DNA from: an uncultured bacterium
GTDB lineage: Bacteria; Verrucomicrobiota; Verrucomicrobiia; Limisphaerales; UBA8199
NCBI GenBank assembly: GCA_963749495.1
Contig: CAVVMW010000007.1
Coordinates: forward strand, 96,001-160,000
Reading direction: 5' to 3'
Length of the DNA: 64,000 nt
The position numbers and the translations under genes are program-made. A model generated the notes under the pieces. The model was not told where the DNA came from, ran no database searches, and saw only the letters and a program-made list of their open reading frames with translations. Positions 17,886-28,514 of this stretch are shown in pieces; position 1 is the stretch's first letter; the number at the start of each line of letters is the position of its first letter.

Positions 17886-20702
17886 ATGAATACTCCTCAA
17901 CTCGCCGTTAAACATCAACTCCTGAACCAAATCGCTCTGGCCGTCATCGCCGCACTGACACTGTTGTGCACCCAGGCAAAAGCCCAGATTGCCGTGGTTG
18001 ATTCAGACTACATGACCATGAGCTACCAGGGAGGAATAACCTCCGCCGCCTTCAGCCAGCCAGCAACCGTCTCCCCGGGAGCAGGCGTGCTGGTCGTCGT
18101 GCTAGCCAACAACGGTGCTGGCCGAATCAGCGCTGAACCAACACAACTGTTTTGGCAGGGGCAGACCGTCAAGAAGGTCGTATCAATTGATAACGTAAAT
18201 TCAGTTTACGGCAACGTCACGATCTATTGCCTCTCCAAGCCCATTGCGGGCACGGGTAATATTACCGGCGCCTATGCGGCCATCCCTACTGACAACTGGG
18301 TCTCGCTTTTCACCCTTGTCGGCGCTAGCACGGTGACTGCCCCCTTGACCGGAACGGCCAACAACGCCAATAATACAACACTCACGTTTAATGTGCCAAA
18401 CATTCTGGACGGCTCTTTCGCTGTGGTGTGCGGGATCTGGTCCGAGGCCGGCGGCAGCGGTCTCGACCTCCAGGCGAGCCGTGGCGCCATGAACCCCCAG
18501 TACGACAGCACGGATGACAACACCGCCGCGGCCATGGGCACCGTGTCAGGACTCTCCGCCGGCGCGGCCTCCTTCACTTACTCGGTCAGCGCGTCTGGCG
18601 GCGCAGCTAAAATGGCCTTCGCCGGCGCCGTCTTCTACCCCGTTTCTTCGGCTCCACTATCGGCGGCGAACTCCGCCATCACCGCCAGTCCGGCCGCCCT
18701 GCCGGCCAACGGCGCGAGCACCGCGACGATCACCGTGCAGGCGGTGGACACCAGCGGGGTGGGAATGGAGGGCAGCGCCGGGACGGCAACCTTGCAGACG
18801 ACGGCGGGCACCTTGAGCAGTGTGACCGACAATCTCGACGGCAGCTACACGGCGATTCTCACCTCCCCCACCATCACCTCCCCCAGCAGCCCTGCAACGG
18901 CCTCGATCACCGGCACCGTCAACGGCAGCGTCATTGGCCATCCCGCCAGCGTCGTGTTCACCCCACAATCCTTCAGTCCAGGTTTCCTTAAACTCGAGGT
19001 CTATCTCAATGCCCCGGGATCCACGGTCACTGATTTGCTGGCCTTTGCCAATTATCCGTCATTCCCGGACGAGGTTCACTACGTGCCTCTGTTTGAAATT
19101 CCTCCCGCCAAATATATCCTCGGCAACTCAGGCGGCATCGCGCTGGGCGAAAGATTGAGCGGTTTCATCGTGCCTGCCGAGACGGCCAACTATGTGTTCT
19201 ACCTGAGCGCCAACGAGGCTGGACAACTCTGGCTATCCACCAACGCCGACCCGGCGGGCCTCCAATTGATCGCGCAGGGTTACGACGATTATCCCGCGTT
19301 AACCTATGATACCAACTGTTCGGCCCCGATCCACCTCGTCGCGGGCCAACGGTATTATGTCCAAGCCGTCGAGAAATCGAACGGGAGTGCGTCCAACGGT
19401 GCAGGGGGTGAGGGTGAAGAATCGATGGCCGTCACCTGGACCAAGCAAAACGAGCCGCCTCCCGCGTACCAGACCGCTCCAATATCGGGCCAGTTCCTGG
19501 CAACGTTCACGGATGCGGACACAACTCCGCCTGCGGCTGTGACCAATTTGGTGATCGACCCCAACACGGTAGGTGTTTCCTGGCTGTGGGCGCAATGGAC
19601 TTCCCCGAGCGAACCCGGCAACACCAACCCGGTGGCCTATTATGATCTCCGCTATTCCACCCAGACCATTACCTCCAACAATTGGGCAAGCGCCACGCCG
19701 GCAGACACGACCTTTTTCTTCGGACAGCCCGCAGGCACCGCGCAGAAGTTCAAGGTCACCGGACTCAATCAGAGCACTACCTATCACTTTGCCATTCGCT
19801 CGACAGACGCGGCCGGCAATGTATCGGAGCTTTCCAACGTCGCAGTGGGGACGACCCTGGCGGTCAGCCTCGGCAGTTTTAATGTGTTATGGGATCTCGA
19901 ATTCAACGTTGCCGGTGCCGATCCGACCGCCGCAGGCGACTGGAGAAACCGGCCAGGCAGCCTTCCCGCCGGAACCACTTGGGCCAACATCGTGACCAAC
20001 GGCTGGCTGACCTGCCTGGCCTGGAACCCGATTTTGGACACGGTGCCCAAGAATGATTTCAACTATCCGTTTATCGTCGAAGAGCGATGTCAATGTCTCA
20101 ACGTGGTCAACATGAGTGGGACGGGGCTAAACGGCGCCAACTTCTTCATCAACATGGATTATCGCAGCGATGGCCAGTTCTCCAAGTTCTCCTTCGCGCT
20201 GGGATTGACCGCCGATGGCACTCAAGAGTTGAATTTTGTGAATTGGACCCCGGATACGTCTACCGCCCTCCTTCTCACCAACTATACCGGCCTGTCGGCC
20301 GACTTCCATGTCATCCGTGTGGCAGTGGATACGGCAAACACGCAGTTCACAGTGTTCATCGATTCCACAAACATGGGGACCCTGACTTATTTCCGGGTAC
20401 CCACCGCAAGTGACGTCGATGCCTATGCCACAATCCTGGGCTGGGCCGCGACTGCCCAGTTTGACTATATTCGGATTGGGACGCCGCTGGCCCCGCCTCC
20501 CCCGCAACTGAACATCACCCGGACTGGCAGTAGTGTGGCTATCTCGTGGCCCACCAACGCGACCGGCTTCACGCTGCAAACGACGGCCAGCCTCGCGCCG
20601 ACAAGCTGGAGCAACGCGGGAAACCCCGTGGTGCAAGGGGATCAGAACGTGTTCACCACCATGGCTACCAATGCCGCCCGGTTCTATCGCCTGAAGCAAT
20701 GA
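17886..20702 (+). CDS. Secreted multidomain protein (signal peptide, invasin-type Ig/Big_1, PA14, FN3, lectin-like beta-sandwich, C-terminal FYRL domain)
   Basis: Signal peptide ending AKAQ; LSAANSAITASPAALPANGASTATITVQAVD (Big_1); RLSGFIVPAETANYVFYLSANEAGQLWLSTN (PA14); DTTPPAAVTNL..YDLRYS..GLNQSTTYHFAIRSTDAAGNVSELSN (FN3). Confidence 0.85.
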   Translation: MNTPQLAVKHQLLNQIALAVIAALTLLCTQAKAQIAVVDSDYMTMSYQGGITSAAFSQPATVSPGAGVLVVVLANNGAGRISAEPTQLFWQGQTVKKVVSIDNVNSVYGNVTIYCLSKPIAGTGNITGAYAAIPTDNWVSLFTLVGASTVTAPLTGTANNANNTTLTFNVPNILDGSFAVVCGIWSEAGGSGLDLQASRGAMNPQYDSTDDNTAAAMGTVSGLSAGAASFTYSVSASGGAAKMAFAGAVFYPVSSAPLSAANSAITASPAALPANGASTATITVQAVDTSGVGMEGSAGTATLQTTAGTLSSVTDNLDGSYTAILTSPTITSPSSPATASITGTVNGSVIGHPASVVFTPQSFSPGFLKLEVYLNAPGSTVTDLLAFANYPSFPDEVHYVPLFEIPPAKYILGNSGGIALGERLSGFIVPAETANYVFYLSANEAGQLWLSTNADPAGLQLIAQGYDDYPALTYDTNCSAPIHLVAGQRYYVQAVEKSNGSASNGAGGEGEESMAVTWTKQNEPPPAYQTAPISGQFLATFTDADTTPPAAVTNLVIDPNTVGVSWLWAQWTSPSEPGNTNPVAYYDLRYSTQTITSNNWASATPADTTFFFGQPAGTAQKFKVTGLNQSTTYHFAIRSTDAAGNVSELSNVAVGTTLAVSLGSFNVLWDLEFNVAGADPTAAGDWRNRPGSLPAGTTWANIVTNGWLTCLAWNPILDTVPKNDFNYPFIVEERCQCLNVVNMSGTGLNGANFFINMDYRSDGQFSKFSFALGLTADGTQELNFVNWTPDTSTALLLTNYTGLSADFHVIRVAVDTANTQFTVFIDSTNMGTLTYFRVPTASDVDAYATILGWAATAQFDYIRIGTPLAPPPPQLNITRTGSSVAISWPTNATGFTLQTTASLAPTSWSNAGNPVVQGDQNVFTTMATNAARFYRLKQ

Positions 20703-20898
20703 GCCGTCCTGCGAGTGTTCGGTAACTGGGACGCGTGAGATGAGGGTGGCAATCGTCTTGCCACCCTCCTTGATTTGCGGGCAAGCCCAAGCCCTTCGGC
20801 ACCACCGGCTGAAGCACGAACTTTGCCGGTCTCCCCACGGCGCTGCGGAGTCCACAGGTCCAGACCAGCGATGCCAGCTTCGGGGTGTGGACCAATCA

Positions 20899-21076
20899 AA
20901 AAAATGCGAAGATCAAGTTCACCATTCCGGGCCTGGGCAAGCTGGTCCTGGTGAATCGCAAGGCTCGCATGGGCCGCAACCCTGCAACGGGCGAAACCAT
21001 CAAGATCCCTGCCAAGCGAGTCGTGAAGTTTCGTATCGCCAAAGCAGCCAAAGACGCGATCCTGGGCACGAAGTAG
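20899..21076 (+). pseudogene. 5'-truncated HU gene fragment
   Basis: KNAKIKFTIPGLGKLVLVNRKARMGRNPATGETIKIPAKRVVKFRIAKAAKDAILGTK lacks the ~38 N-terminal residues present in the intact HU at 41292-41579. Confidence 0.85.
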
Positions 21077-21465
21077 CTCGAATTGGCATCAGAGGAACAA
21101 GAAGTGCCGAGACCCGTCAAAAGGCCCGCGAAAAGATTGTGGTTGACGCCTTCTTTGATTTGTCATGAACTTGCGCTAATCGTGGATTAGAGATCAGCAA
21201 GTGGCCATCAGGGTCTGTTGGTTTGGTGGCGATGTGGTTGGGTGGCGAGTTCGTTATGACATTGGCGGCGGGAATTGCGAGAGCGGCTTCGGGCGAGCAT
21301 GCATCGCCCCAGTTCGTCTTTCCCGGCCGTGGGTGTCCGGCACGAGGGCGCGCCGGACAGGGCCTGGGGCAGATGCGCTCCCCAAGCAAGGCAACGGCTC
21401 TCCGCCAGGAAATCCGTGTTCAATCCGCGCCCATCCGCATTGAAAGAATTGGAGAAAGGAAATCC

Positions 21466-24447
21466 GTGAGAACAAAGCATCTCATTCAAATCGCAGCCGT
21501 GTTGCTGCTCTCAACCCTCAGCCTTCAACTCTCTACCGCCTTCGCCTCTACGAATCGTGTCGGCGTCATTACGGCAACATACACCATGACGGCCAGCGGC
21601 ACGGGCGAGTGGGACTGGGGCAACTCCACGATTGGATATAGCGGCAACGATCAGCTCCAGATTCAGCTTAGCGGTATTGTAAAATACGTAGTGCTAGGGA
21701 CCGAAACCAATTTGATTATCGGAAATCTGCTCAATTCAACTGGCCAGGAGTCCGCTTCGGGAAGCTATGTGCAAGACGATTGGGATTACACCCCTCCACC
21801 GGGGGCGTCACACCATGAGGGCGCCTACCTCGCCGATCCCAATTTCAATCCGACAAATGTTTGTTTGATCAAGCCCTCGGACGCTTTGGGCCAAGCCGTG
21901 GGAACGGGCCAATTCCTCGGAACCTGCGAGAGGGCTGCGTGGGGCGGAATCTGGGAAGGCACATTTGGTGTGAACGACGACGGTTCGGGGGAGCTGCGAT
22001 CAATATCCTCCGTATGACGCTTATGGCGGGTGGGATTGCACCGTGCATGGCGAGTATGAGGTTCGAGATTTCCAGTTTGCCATCACAAATGCCGCGGTGC
22101 ATTGGACCCAATCCTTGACGACCAATGTGGCGCTGAATTATCCCCTTGCTGAATCCGACGGCTCCGCGTCGGCCAGCGGCACGGCCAACAACACCATCAC
22201 GCTGGAATATGTTCCCGACCAACTGACCGTCCCGTTCAGCGCCGACCCGACCAACGGCCTGGTCCCGCTGACGGTTCAATTCAGTTCGGCCGGCGTGGAC
22301 AGCGGGGGCAGCACCATCGCTAGTTGGAACTGGAATTTTGGCGACGGCACGAACGGCACAGGACAATATCCATCGCACACCTACACCAACACCGGAACGC
22401 TTTCCAACAGCGGGACGTTTTCGGTCACGCTCGTCGCCACCAACGTCAACGGCACAGCGGTCCAGGGCATCGGCTCCTCCAACATTACGGTGTCGCTGCC
22501 GACGGTGCAGTTCACCGTTACGCCGACCAACGGCTTCATGCCGCTGTCTGTTGTTTTCACCTGCCCGGCTGTGGACAGCGCCGACAACCTCATCGTCAGT
22601 TGGAGCTGGAATTTTGGCGACGGCACGAGCTTCGCTGATCAGAGTCCGGATCAGCCGGTGTCGATCAATCATATTTACGCCCAAGCCAAGACGTTTGCGA
22701 CGAAGCTCACGGTGACCAATATCTGGGGCACGCAGATCACCGCCAACGGCCCGAAGGTTGTCGTGTCGCTCCCGCCGATCTTTTTCACCGCCAGCCCGAC
22801 CAACGGCCTGGTGCCGATGCCGGTTCAATTTAGCGGGCCGGGCAAGGACAGCCAGGGCTACGCCATCACCAATTGGAACTGGGATTTCGGCGACGGCTCA
22901 ACCGGCTCGGGGCAAAATCCGGCGCACACCTACACCCGCACCTGCGTTTTTTCGCCGGCGCTGGTGGTGACGAACAATCACGGCGCAGGCATCGTCGCCT
23001 TTGGCCCGAAAATTTCGGCGGGGTGTTCGAGCGTCCATACGTTTGGCGGCGGCGGCGTGGGATTTGATCCTGCCAGAGGCGGCATGACCAACAGCGACGG
23101 GATTCATCCCCAGGGATTGATGCTGAGCGGTCACCGGCTGTACGGCGTGATGTCGGGCGGTGGCAACGGCGGCTCCGGAACGATCTTCGCGGTCAATACC
23201 GACGGCTCCGGCTTCACCAACCTCTACAACTTCAGTGCGTTGGCGATGGGCTGGTACACGAACAGCGATGGGGCCTGGCCGCAAGCGCCCCTGGTGCTGT
23301 CCGGCGACACGCTCTACGGTGCAGCTCCAGCCGGGGGCACCGGCAGCATGGGTGGCGGCACCCTGTTCAAGATCGGCACCGATGGTTCAGGCTTAACAAC
23401 CCTCTTTAACTTCTCCAATGGCAGCACCAACGGCTCCATGCCCAACGGCTTGGTCCTGTCCGTCGGCGCCCTCTACGGAACGGCCCAGTCTGGCGGCCAA
23501 GGGTTTAGCGGAACCGTGTTCAAGCTCAACACCGACGGTTCGGGCTTCGCCCTGCTCCACTCTTTCGATGCCACTTCCGGTGATCCTTCCAGTGGGAACT
23601 ACACCAACGATGACGGAGCATACCCGCAGGCGCCCCTGCTGCTGGCCGGCAACAGCCTCTATGGGACAACGATGCACGGTGGCGCTTCCGGAGGCGGCAC
23701 CTTGTTCAAGCTCAACACGGACGGCTCGGGCTTCACCGTGCTCCATACTTTCACGAACAGCGACGGACTCCAACCGGGGGGGAACTGCTTTTGGCTGGCA
23801 GCACACTGTATGGGACGGCCGCCGCAGGCGGCAGTGGACATGATGGCACGGTGTTCAAGCTCAATGCCGACGGCTCGGGTTTCACCACGATTTACTCCTT
23901 TACCGCCACTTCCGCCGACCCTTCAAGCGGGAGCTACACCAACGGCGACGGGGCCCAGCCGCAAGGGGGCGTGATCTTGTCCGGCGGGATGCTGTATGGG
24001 ACGACGCAGACGGGCGGTAATGGCGGCTCGGGAACGATCTTCGAGGTCAACACTAATGGCACGGGCTTCGCCACTCTTTACAGTTTCAGCGCGCTTGACC
24101 CCAGCACCAGGACTAACTTTGACGGGGCCAATCCCTGTGCGGGGTTGGTGCTGTCGGACGGCAACTTGTGTGCAACGACCTTCAACGGCGGCAGCGCGGG
24201 CGATGGGGCGCTCTTTGCGTTGAGCCTCCTCTCCGCTCCCATTCCGCTGAACGTGCAGTTCAGGGGCCATGCTGTGGTCCTCTTCTGGCCCTCAGTTTCG
24301 ACCGGTTTGAGGTTGGAACAGAATTCAAATCTGGCGACGACGAATTGGAGCCCCAGCAGCTTGCCCATTTCCGACGATGGCACGAACAAGAGCGTCACGA
24401 TTCCATCGCCGGCGGGAAGTTTGTTCTTCCGCCTAGCCAATCCCTGA
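21466..24447 (+). CDS. Secreted protein with three PKD domains, GloVer-type tandem repeats and a C-terminal FFRL domain; two homopolymer frameshifts
   Basis: GTG at 21466 after AAAGGA, followed by a signal peptide. Three PKD motifs (PTNGxxPxxVxF..WxWxFGDG). Repeats DGAxPxAxLxLSGxTLYG..GG..GTxFKxNTDGSGFxxLxxF. Frame switches at G-runs near 21990 and 23780. Confidence 0.85.
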
Positions 24448-24608
24448 AACGCGTGAAGCAAAGTACCTGTCACCTGAAGCCTGACGTGCTCGGTCAGATG
24501 CACACATTACAAAACTAAAGGACTTAGTGGACACCACATTAGCGGGGATCCGGGCGCCCTATTCCCCAGAGGGACAAAAGGGACTCAAGGGACCCCAAGG
24601 GACTGGCT

Positions 24609-27600
24609 TCAGGGCTTGCCTGCTTCGGTGGCCCCGGCGCGTTCCAGGGCCGTCTCCCGGTTCTTGCGCAAATCGAGTTTGCCGGTGCCGAGATAGGCGA
24701 AGGCCTCGATATGGAAGAACTGGTCGGGGCGGGGTTTCCACAGGTTGGGCAAGTCGCACTGGGGGAGTTTTTCGAGGCACTTCTGCAGTTGGGCCGCGGG
24801 CAACTTGTGCAAGACTGCCAGGCGTTCCCCCTTTTTCTCGTCCGGCACGCCGGTGACGAAAAAGCTTTGTTCGGTGGCGCCCGCCAGTTCGTGGAGTTTC
24901 TCCTCGACTTTGATGTGCGGGACCATCTCGCCGCCGATCTTGCTGAAGCGGTTCAGGCGGTCGGTGATCTGGAGGAAGCCGTCCTCGTCGAGGGCGGCGA
25001 TGTCGCCGGTGGCATACCAGCCCTGGACGAGGACCTCGCCGGTTTTGTCGGGGCGTCCGAGGTAGCCCTGCATGACGTTGGGTCCGCGGACCCGCAGCAG
25101 GCCGGGCTGGCCGATGGGCACGGGTTGCAAGGTCTCGGGCTGGACGATGCTCACGGAGATTCCCGGCAGCGGATGGCCGATCTTGCCGCGCTTGGAGCCG
25201 ACCTGGCGGAAGCCGGCGGAGCGGAAGTCATGGGTGTTGACGGCGACCGCGGGGCCGCACTCGGTGCAGCCGTAGCCTTCGAGGGGCCGGATGCCGAAGT
25301 GGTCCTCGAAGGCGCTGGCCAGGCGCTCGGGCAGTTTCTCCGCCCCGGTCATGACCACGCGCAGGCTGCCGAAATCTTCCGCTGCGCAGCCGCGCACGTA
25401 CAACTGCAGGAAGGTCGGTGTCGCCAACAGGAACGTGAGGGCGTAACGGCTGACCAGCGGGCCAATCGCCTTGGCGTCGAGCGGGTTTGGATAAAAGACG
25501 ACCCGCACCCCGAGCACCGCCGGCAACCAGAGCGTGCCGGTAAACCCGAAGGAATGGAAAAAGGGCAGTATCCCCAGCATCCCGTCCTTGGCGGTCAACC
25601 CGAAGATCTGCTCGAGCTGTTGGATGTTCGAGCCGATGTTGTAGTGGCTGAGCATCACGCCCTTGGGGTCGCCGGTGCTGCCGCTGGAGAAAATGACCGT
25701 GGCCAGGTCGTCCAACTCGGGTCTCTTGCGGCACCCCAACGCGCGCTCCAGCAGGCGGGCCGGGGCCAGCCAGGCCAGGCAGAGGGCCGCCAGCTTCTCC
25801 CACGGACCGGGCCGCGTCTCGGGCTTGCCGACGAGGTCTTCGAGCAGCACCACTTCGCCCGGGGGCTTGAGCTTGAGCTTGTCAAGGAAGGCGCGCGAGG
25901 TCACCACGGTGCGGATGTCGCATTGGCGGGTGCAGGAGGCGAGGGCCTCTTCCGAGACGGTGTAATTGAGGTTCACAGGCACTTTGCCGGCCAGCAGGGC
26001 GGCGAGATTCACCAGCGCGCCGGGCACCGAGGGCGGCAGGAGCAGCCCGACCATCCTCTGGCCGGCCCAGACCGGCTTGAGCCGCCGGGCCAGGAAGACC
26101 GCGCGTGTCAGCGCCGAACCGAAGCTCAGGCGGGCCGTCTGCGCATCGCTCATGGCCAGGCGAAACGGGCGATGGCGGGCGGTCCGAACGAAGGCGCGGT
26201 GAAGGGGCTGCATCGAGCCCCGGCGCCGCTGCCAGGCCTCGGCCATCAACTCCTGCACCGCCTGGCGGACCTCGACGGGCGTGGCGGCGTGCGGCAGCGG
26301 ACGGCCGTAGTTGATCGTCACCGGGTAGGGGATGCGCCGGGGCAGCTTCCACAAAAAGCGCCCCTTTTCAAAACTGAAGATGCTGCCCCAAACCCCGTCC
26401 AGCGCAATCGGGATGATCGGCGCTTCGACATCTTTCATGATGCGCTCGAAACCGCGCCGGAAGGGGAGCATGTGCCCGATGCGCGTGATCTGGCCCTCGG
26501 CAAAGATGCAGACGACCTCGCCGTTGCGGATGGCGTCGCTGGCGGTGCGCAGGGAGTGGAGCATCTCGCGCGGGCGCAGTTCGGAGGAGATCGGAATGGC
26601 CCGCAGGATGCGCGCCAGCGGCTTGATCCAGCGGCGCTCGTAAAAGCCCTTGTACATGATGAACCGGATGTCCCGGTCGGTCGAGGCGATCAGCAGCAAC
26701 GCATCCACCAGCGAGAGATGATTGCAGACGAACAGGGCGCCGCCTTTGGCGGGGATGTTGTCGCGGCCCAGGACGCGGATGCTGTAGATCGTGCGCGTGA
26801 GCACCCAGAGAACGAAGCGGAGCATGGCATCGGGCAGCAGCTTGACGACGTAGATCGCGCTGGCCAGGGTGAGGACACCGCAGAAGAGGAAGACCTGCCG
26901 CGACCCCCAATGGAACAGAGTGGTCAGCACGTAATGCGCGCCCGAGGCCAGGAGCATGCCCGCGAACGAGAGCAGGTTGGCCGCCGCCAGCATCTCGCCC
27001 TTCTTGTCCTTGTCGGGCCGGTGCTGGAGCAGGGCGGAGATGGGCACAATGAAAAACCCGCCCGCGAAACCCAGCAGCGCCAGGCAGACCATGGCCGACA
27101 TAAGCGACATCCCGTGAAGCGCGAGCAAGGCCGAGAGAATCGAGAGCCCCACCGCCCCCAGGGGCACCAGGCCGTATTCGATCTTGCCCCCGGACAGGTA
27201 GCCCGCCGCCACGCTGCCCAGCCCGATGCCCAGGGCCATCGCGGCGCTCAGAAAACCGAATTGCTTCTTGCCGACCTGCAGGACGTAGATGCTGTAAAAG
27301 AACAGGTTCAACTGGACCAGCGCCCCGACAAAGGTGAAGTAGATGTTGCCCAGGGCCGCCAGGAACAAGGGGCGGTCCCGGCGCATGGCCTGAACGCGCG
27401 CCCAAAGGTCGCCCGCAAAATTCGGGCGGAACGCTCTGGCCGGGTCGGCGGCGCCGACGCGGGTGATGGTGAGGCTGGTGCTCAAGCCGACGAAGGCCAG
27501 TGCGATGAGGATTATGCCGGCATAGCCCAGATGACCCTGGAAGCGCTCGGACATGTCGGCCGCGGCGACGGTGCCCAGGATGATGGCGACGAAGGTGCCC

Positions 27601-28088
27601 AACTCGATCATGCCGTTGCCCCAGGAGAGGCGTTTCTCGGGCAGCAATTCCGGCAGCAGGCCGTATTTGGACGGGCCAAAAAAGGCGCTGTGCGTGCCCA
27701 TCAGGAACACCCCCGCCACCAGGAGGGGCAACTGGTGTCCCACCAGCGCGGCCAACACCATGGTCATCACCCCCACCTCGAAGACCTTCACGCAGATCGT
27801 GACCGTGCGTTTGCTGTAGCGGTCGGCCAGGTAGCCCCCGGCCATCGAGAAGATGAGGAAGGGCGTGGCAAAGAGCGCGTTGACCAATTCCGTGATGCGA
27901 TGCTCCGTGGCGAGCGTGAAGCCCGCCCCCAGGCTCATGAGGATGACGAGGTTCTTCAGGATGTTGTCGCTAAAGGCGCCCTGGAACTGCGTGACGAACA
28001 GGCTCCAGAATCCGCCCAAGCCAGCCTGGGCGGCTTCCGGTCTCTCGGAGACCATTGCGGCCGGCTCGGTCTGAAGGATGGTTTGCAT
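24609..28088 (-). CDS. aas: Acyl-[ACP]--phospholipid O-acyltransferase (LplT-like MFS + PlsC + acyl-ACP synthetase)
   Basis: TQFQGAFSDN MFS domain; NHLSLVD and FAEGQITR acyltransferase motifs; FSSGSTGDPKG and EGYGCTE AMP-binding motifs. Alternative TTG start at 28121. Confidence 0.93.
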   Translation of the reverse strand: MQTILQTEPAAMVSERPEAAQAGLGGFWSLFVTQFQGAFSDNILKNLVILMSLGAGFTLATEHRITELVNALFATPFLIFSMAGGYLADRYSKRTVTICVKVFEVGVMTMVLAALVGHQLPLLVAGVFLMGTHSAFFGPSKYGLLPELLPEKRLSWGNGMIELGTFVAIILGTVAAADMSERFQGHLGYAGIILIALAFVGLSTSLTITRVGAADPARAFRPNFAGDLWARVQAMRRDRPLFLAALGNIYFTFVGALVQLNLFFYSIYVLQVGKKQFGFLSAAMALGIGLGSVAAGYLSGGKIEYGLVPLGAVGLSILSALLALHGMSLMSAMVCLALLGFAGGFFIVPISALLQHRPDKDKKGEMLAAANLLSFAGMLLASGAHYVLTTLFHWGSRQVFLFCGVLTLASAIYVVKLLPDAMLRFVLWVLTRTIYSIRVLGRDNIPAKGGALFVCNHLSLVDALLLIASTDRDIRFIMYKGFYERRWIKPLARILRAIPISSELRPREMLHSLRTASDAIRNGEVVCIFAEGQITRIGHMLPFRRGFERIMKDVEAPIIPIALDGVWGSIFSFEKGRFLWKLPRRIPYPVTINYGRPLPHAATPVEVRQAVQELMAEAWQRRRGSMQPLHRAFVRTARHRPFRLAMSDAQTARLSFGSALTRAVFLARRLKPVWAGQRMVGLLLPPSVPGALVNLAALLAGKVPVNLNYTVSEEALASCTRQCDIRTVVTSRAFLDKLKLKPPGEVVLLEDLVGKPETRPGPWEKLAALCLAWLAPARLLERALGCRKRPELDDLATVIFSSGSTGDPKGVMLSHYNIGSNIQQLEQIFGLTAKDGMLGILPFFHSFGFTGTLWLPAVLGVRVVFYPNPLDAKAIGPLVSRYALTFLLATPTFLQLYVRGCAAEDFGSLRVVMTGAEKLPERLASAFEDHFGIRPLEGYGCTECGPAVAVNTHDFRSAGFRQVGSKRGKIGHPLPGISVSIVQPETLQPVPIGQPGLLRVRGPNVMQGYLGRPDKTGEVLVQGWYATGDIAALDEDGFLQITDRLNRFSKIGGEMVPHIKVEEKLHELAGATEQSFFVTGVPDEKKGERLAVLHKLPAAQLQKCLEKLPQCDLPNLWKPRPDQFFHIEAFAYLGTGKLDLRKNRETALERAGATEAGKP

Positions 28089-28227
28089 CGGATCGCGTCC
28101 GGGTTCAGGTGGTGTGGTCAATGGCCGGACTCTAGCCTAGCTTCGGTGCAAAACGCCAATTGATAAATTTGGGGACAACATCAAGTAAAGCGATTATATC
28201 GAATCCTGCCCCATAGGAGGCGAAGCC

Positions 28228-28460
28228 ATCAGGCGTCGCTACGCGACGCGTGCGCTGCGTCCGGGTCACCGCGTAGCGGTGGCCGATGGTAGCCGTGGAC
28301 TTCCAGTCCACGGACCCATGGCCCGAGCTCGCCCGCGTCGCGTAGCGACGCCTGAAAACCGTAACGCTGTCAGGCGTCGCTATGCGACGCGGGAGCCTTC
28401 CCACGCCCGAAACCGTGGACCGAGGTCCACGGCTACCTTCATCGCGTCGCTCCGCGACGC
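28228..28460. repeat. REP-like palindrome cluster (CGTCGCTACGCGACG / CCGTGGAC..GTCCACGG)
   Basis: Repeated cgtcgct(a/c)(c/t)gcgacgc hairpins and the inverted pair gtagccgtggacttccagtccacgg / ccgtggaccgaggtccacggctac. Confidence 0.82.
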
Positions 28461-28514
28461 ACACGCTCCCCACGCTCTCACCCTCGCCGCTCCAGGCGCC
28501 CACGCTCCCGCCCC

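Larger units (their letters stand above)
17253..24541. mobile_element. Non-autonomous cargo cassette bounded by IS630-like terminal inverted repeats with a TA duplication
   Basis: Left end TA|gtgccctgtccactaaatcctttt (17253-17278). Right end, reverse complement, TA|atgtggtgtccactaagtcctttag (24515-24541). 18 of the first 23 nt are identical. The reconstructed empty site is ggatcgCTAGcggggatcc. The interior is visibly less GC-rich and has no transposase. Confidence 0.7.

Noticed and set aside
24711..28163. 1150-aa plus-strand ORF, and similar long antisense ORFs at 14851-16803, 53178-56147 and 59170-60894
   Set aside because: These mirror frames of real high-GC genes have no motifs and are expected from codon bias.
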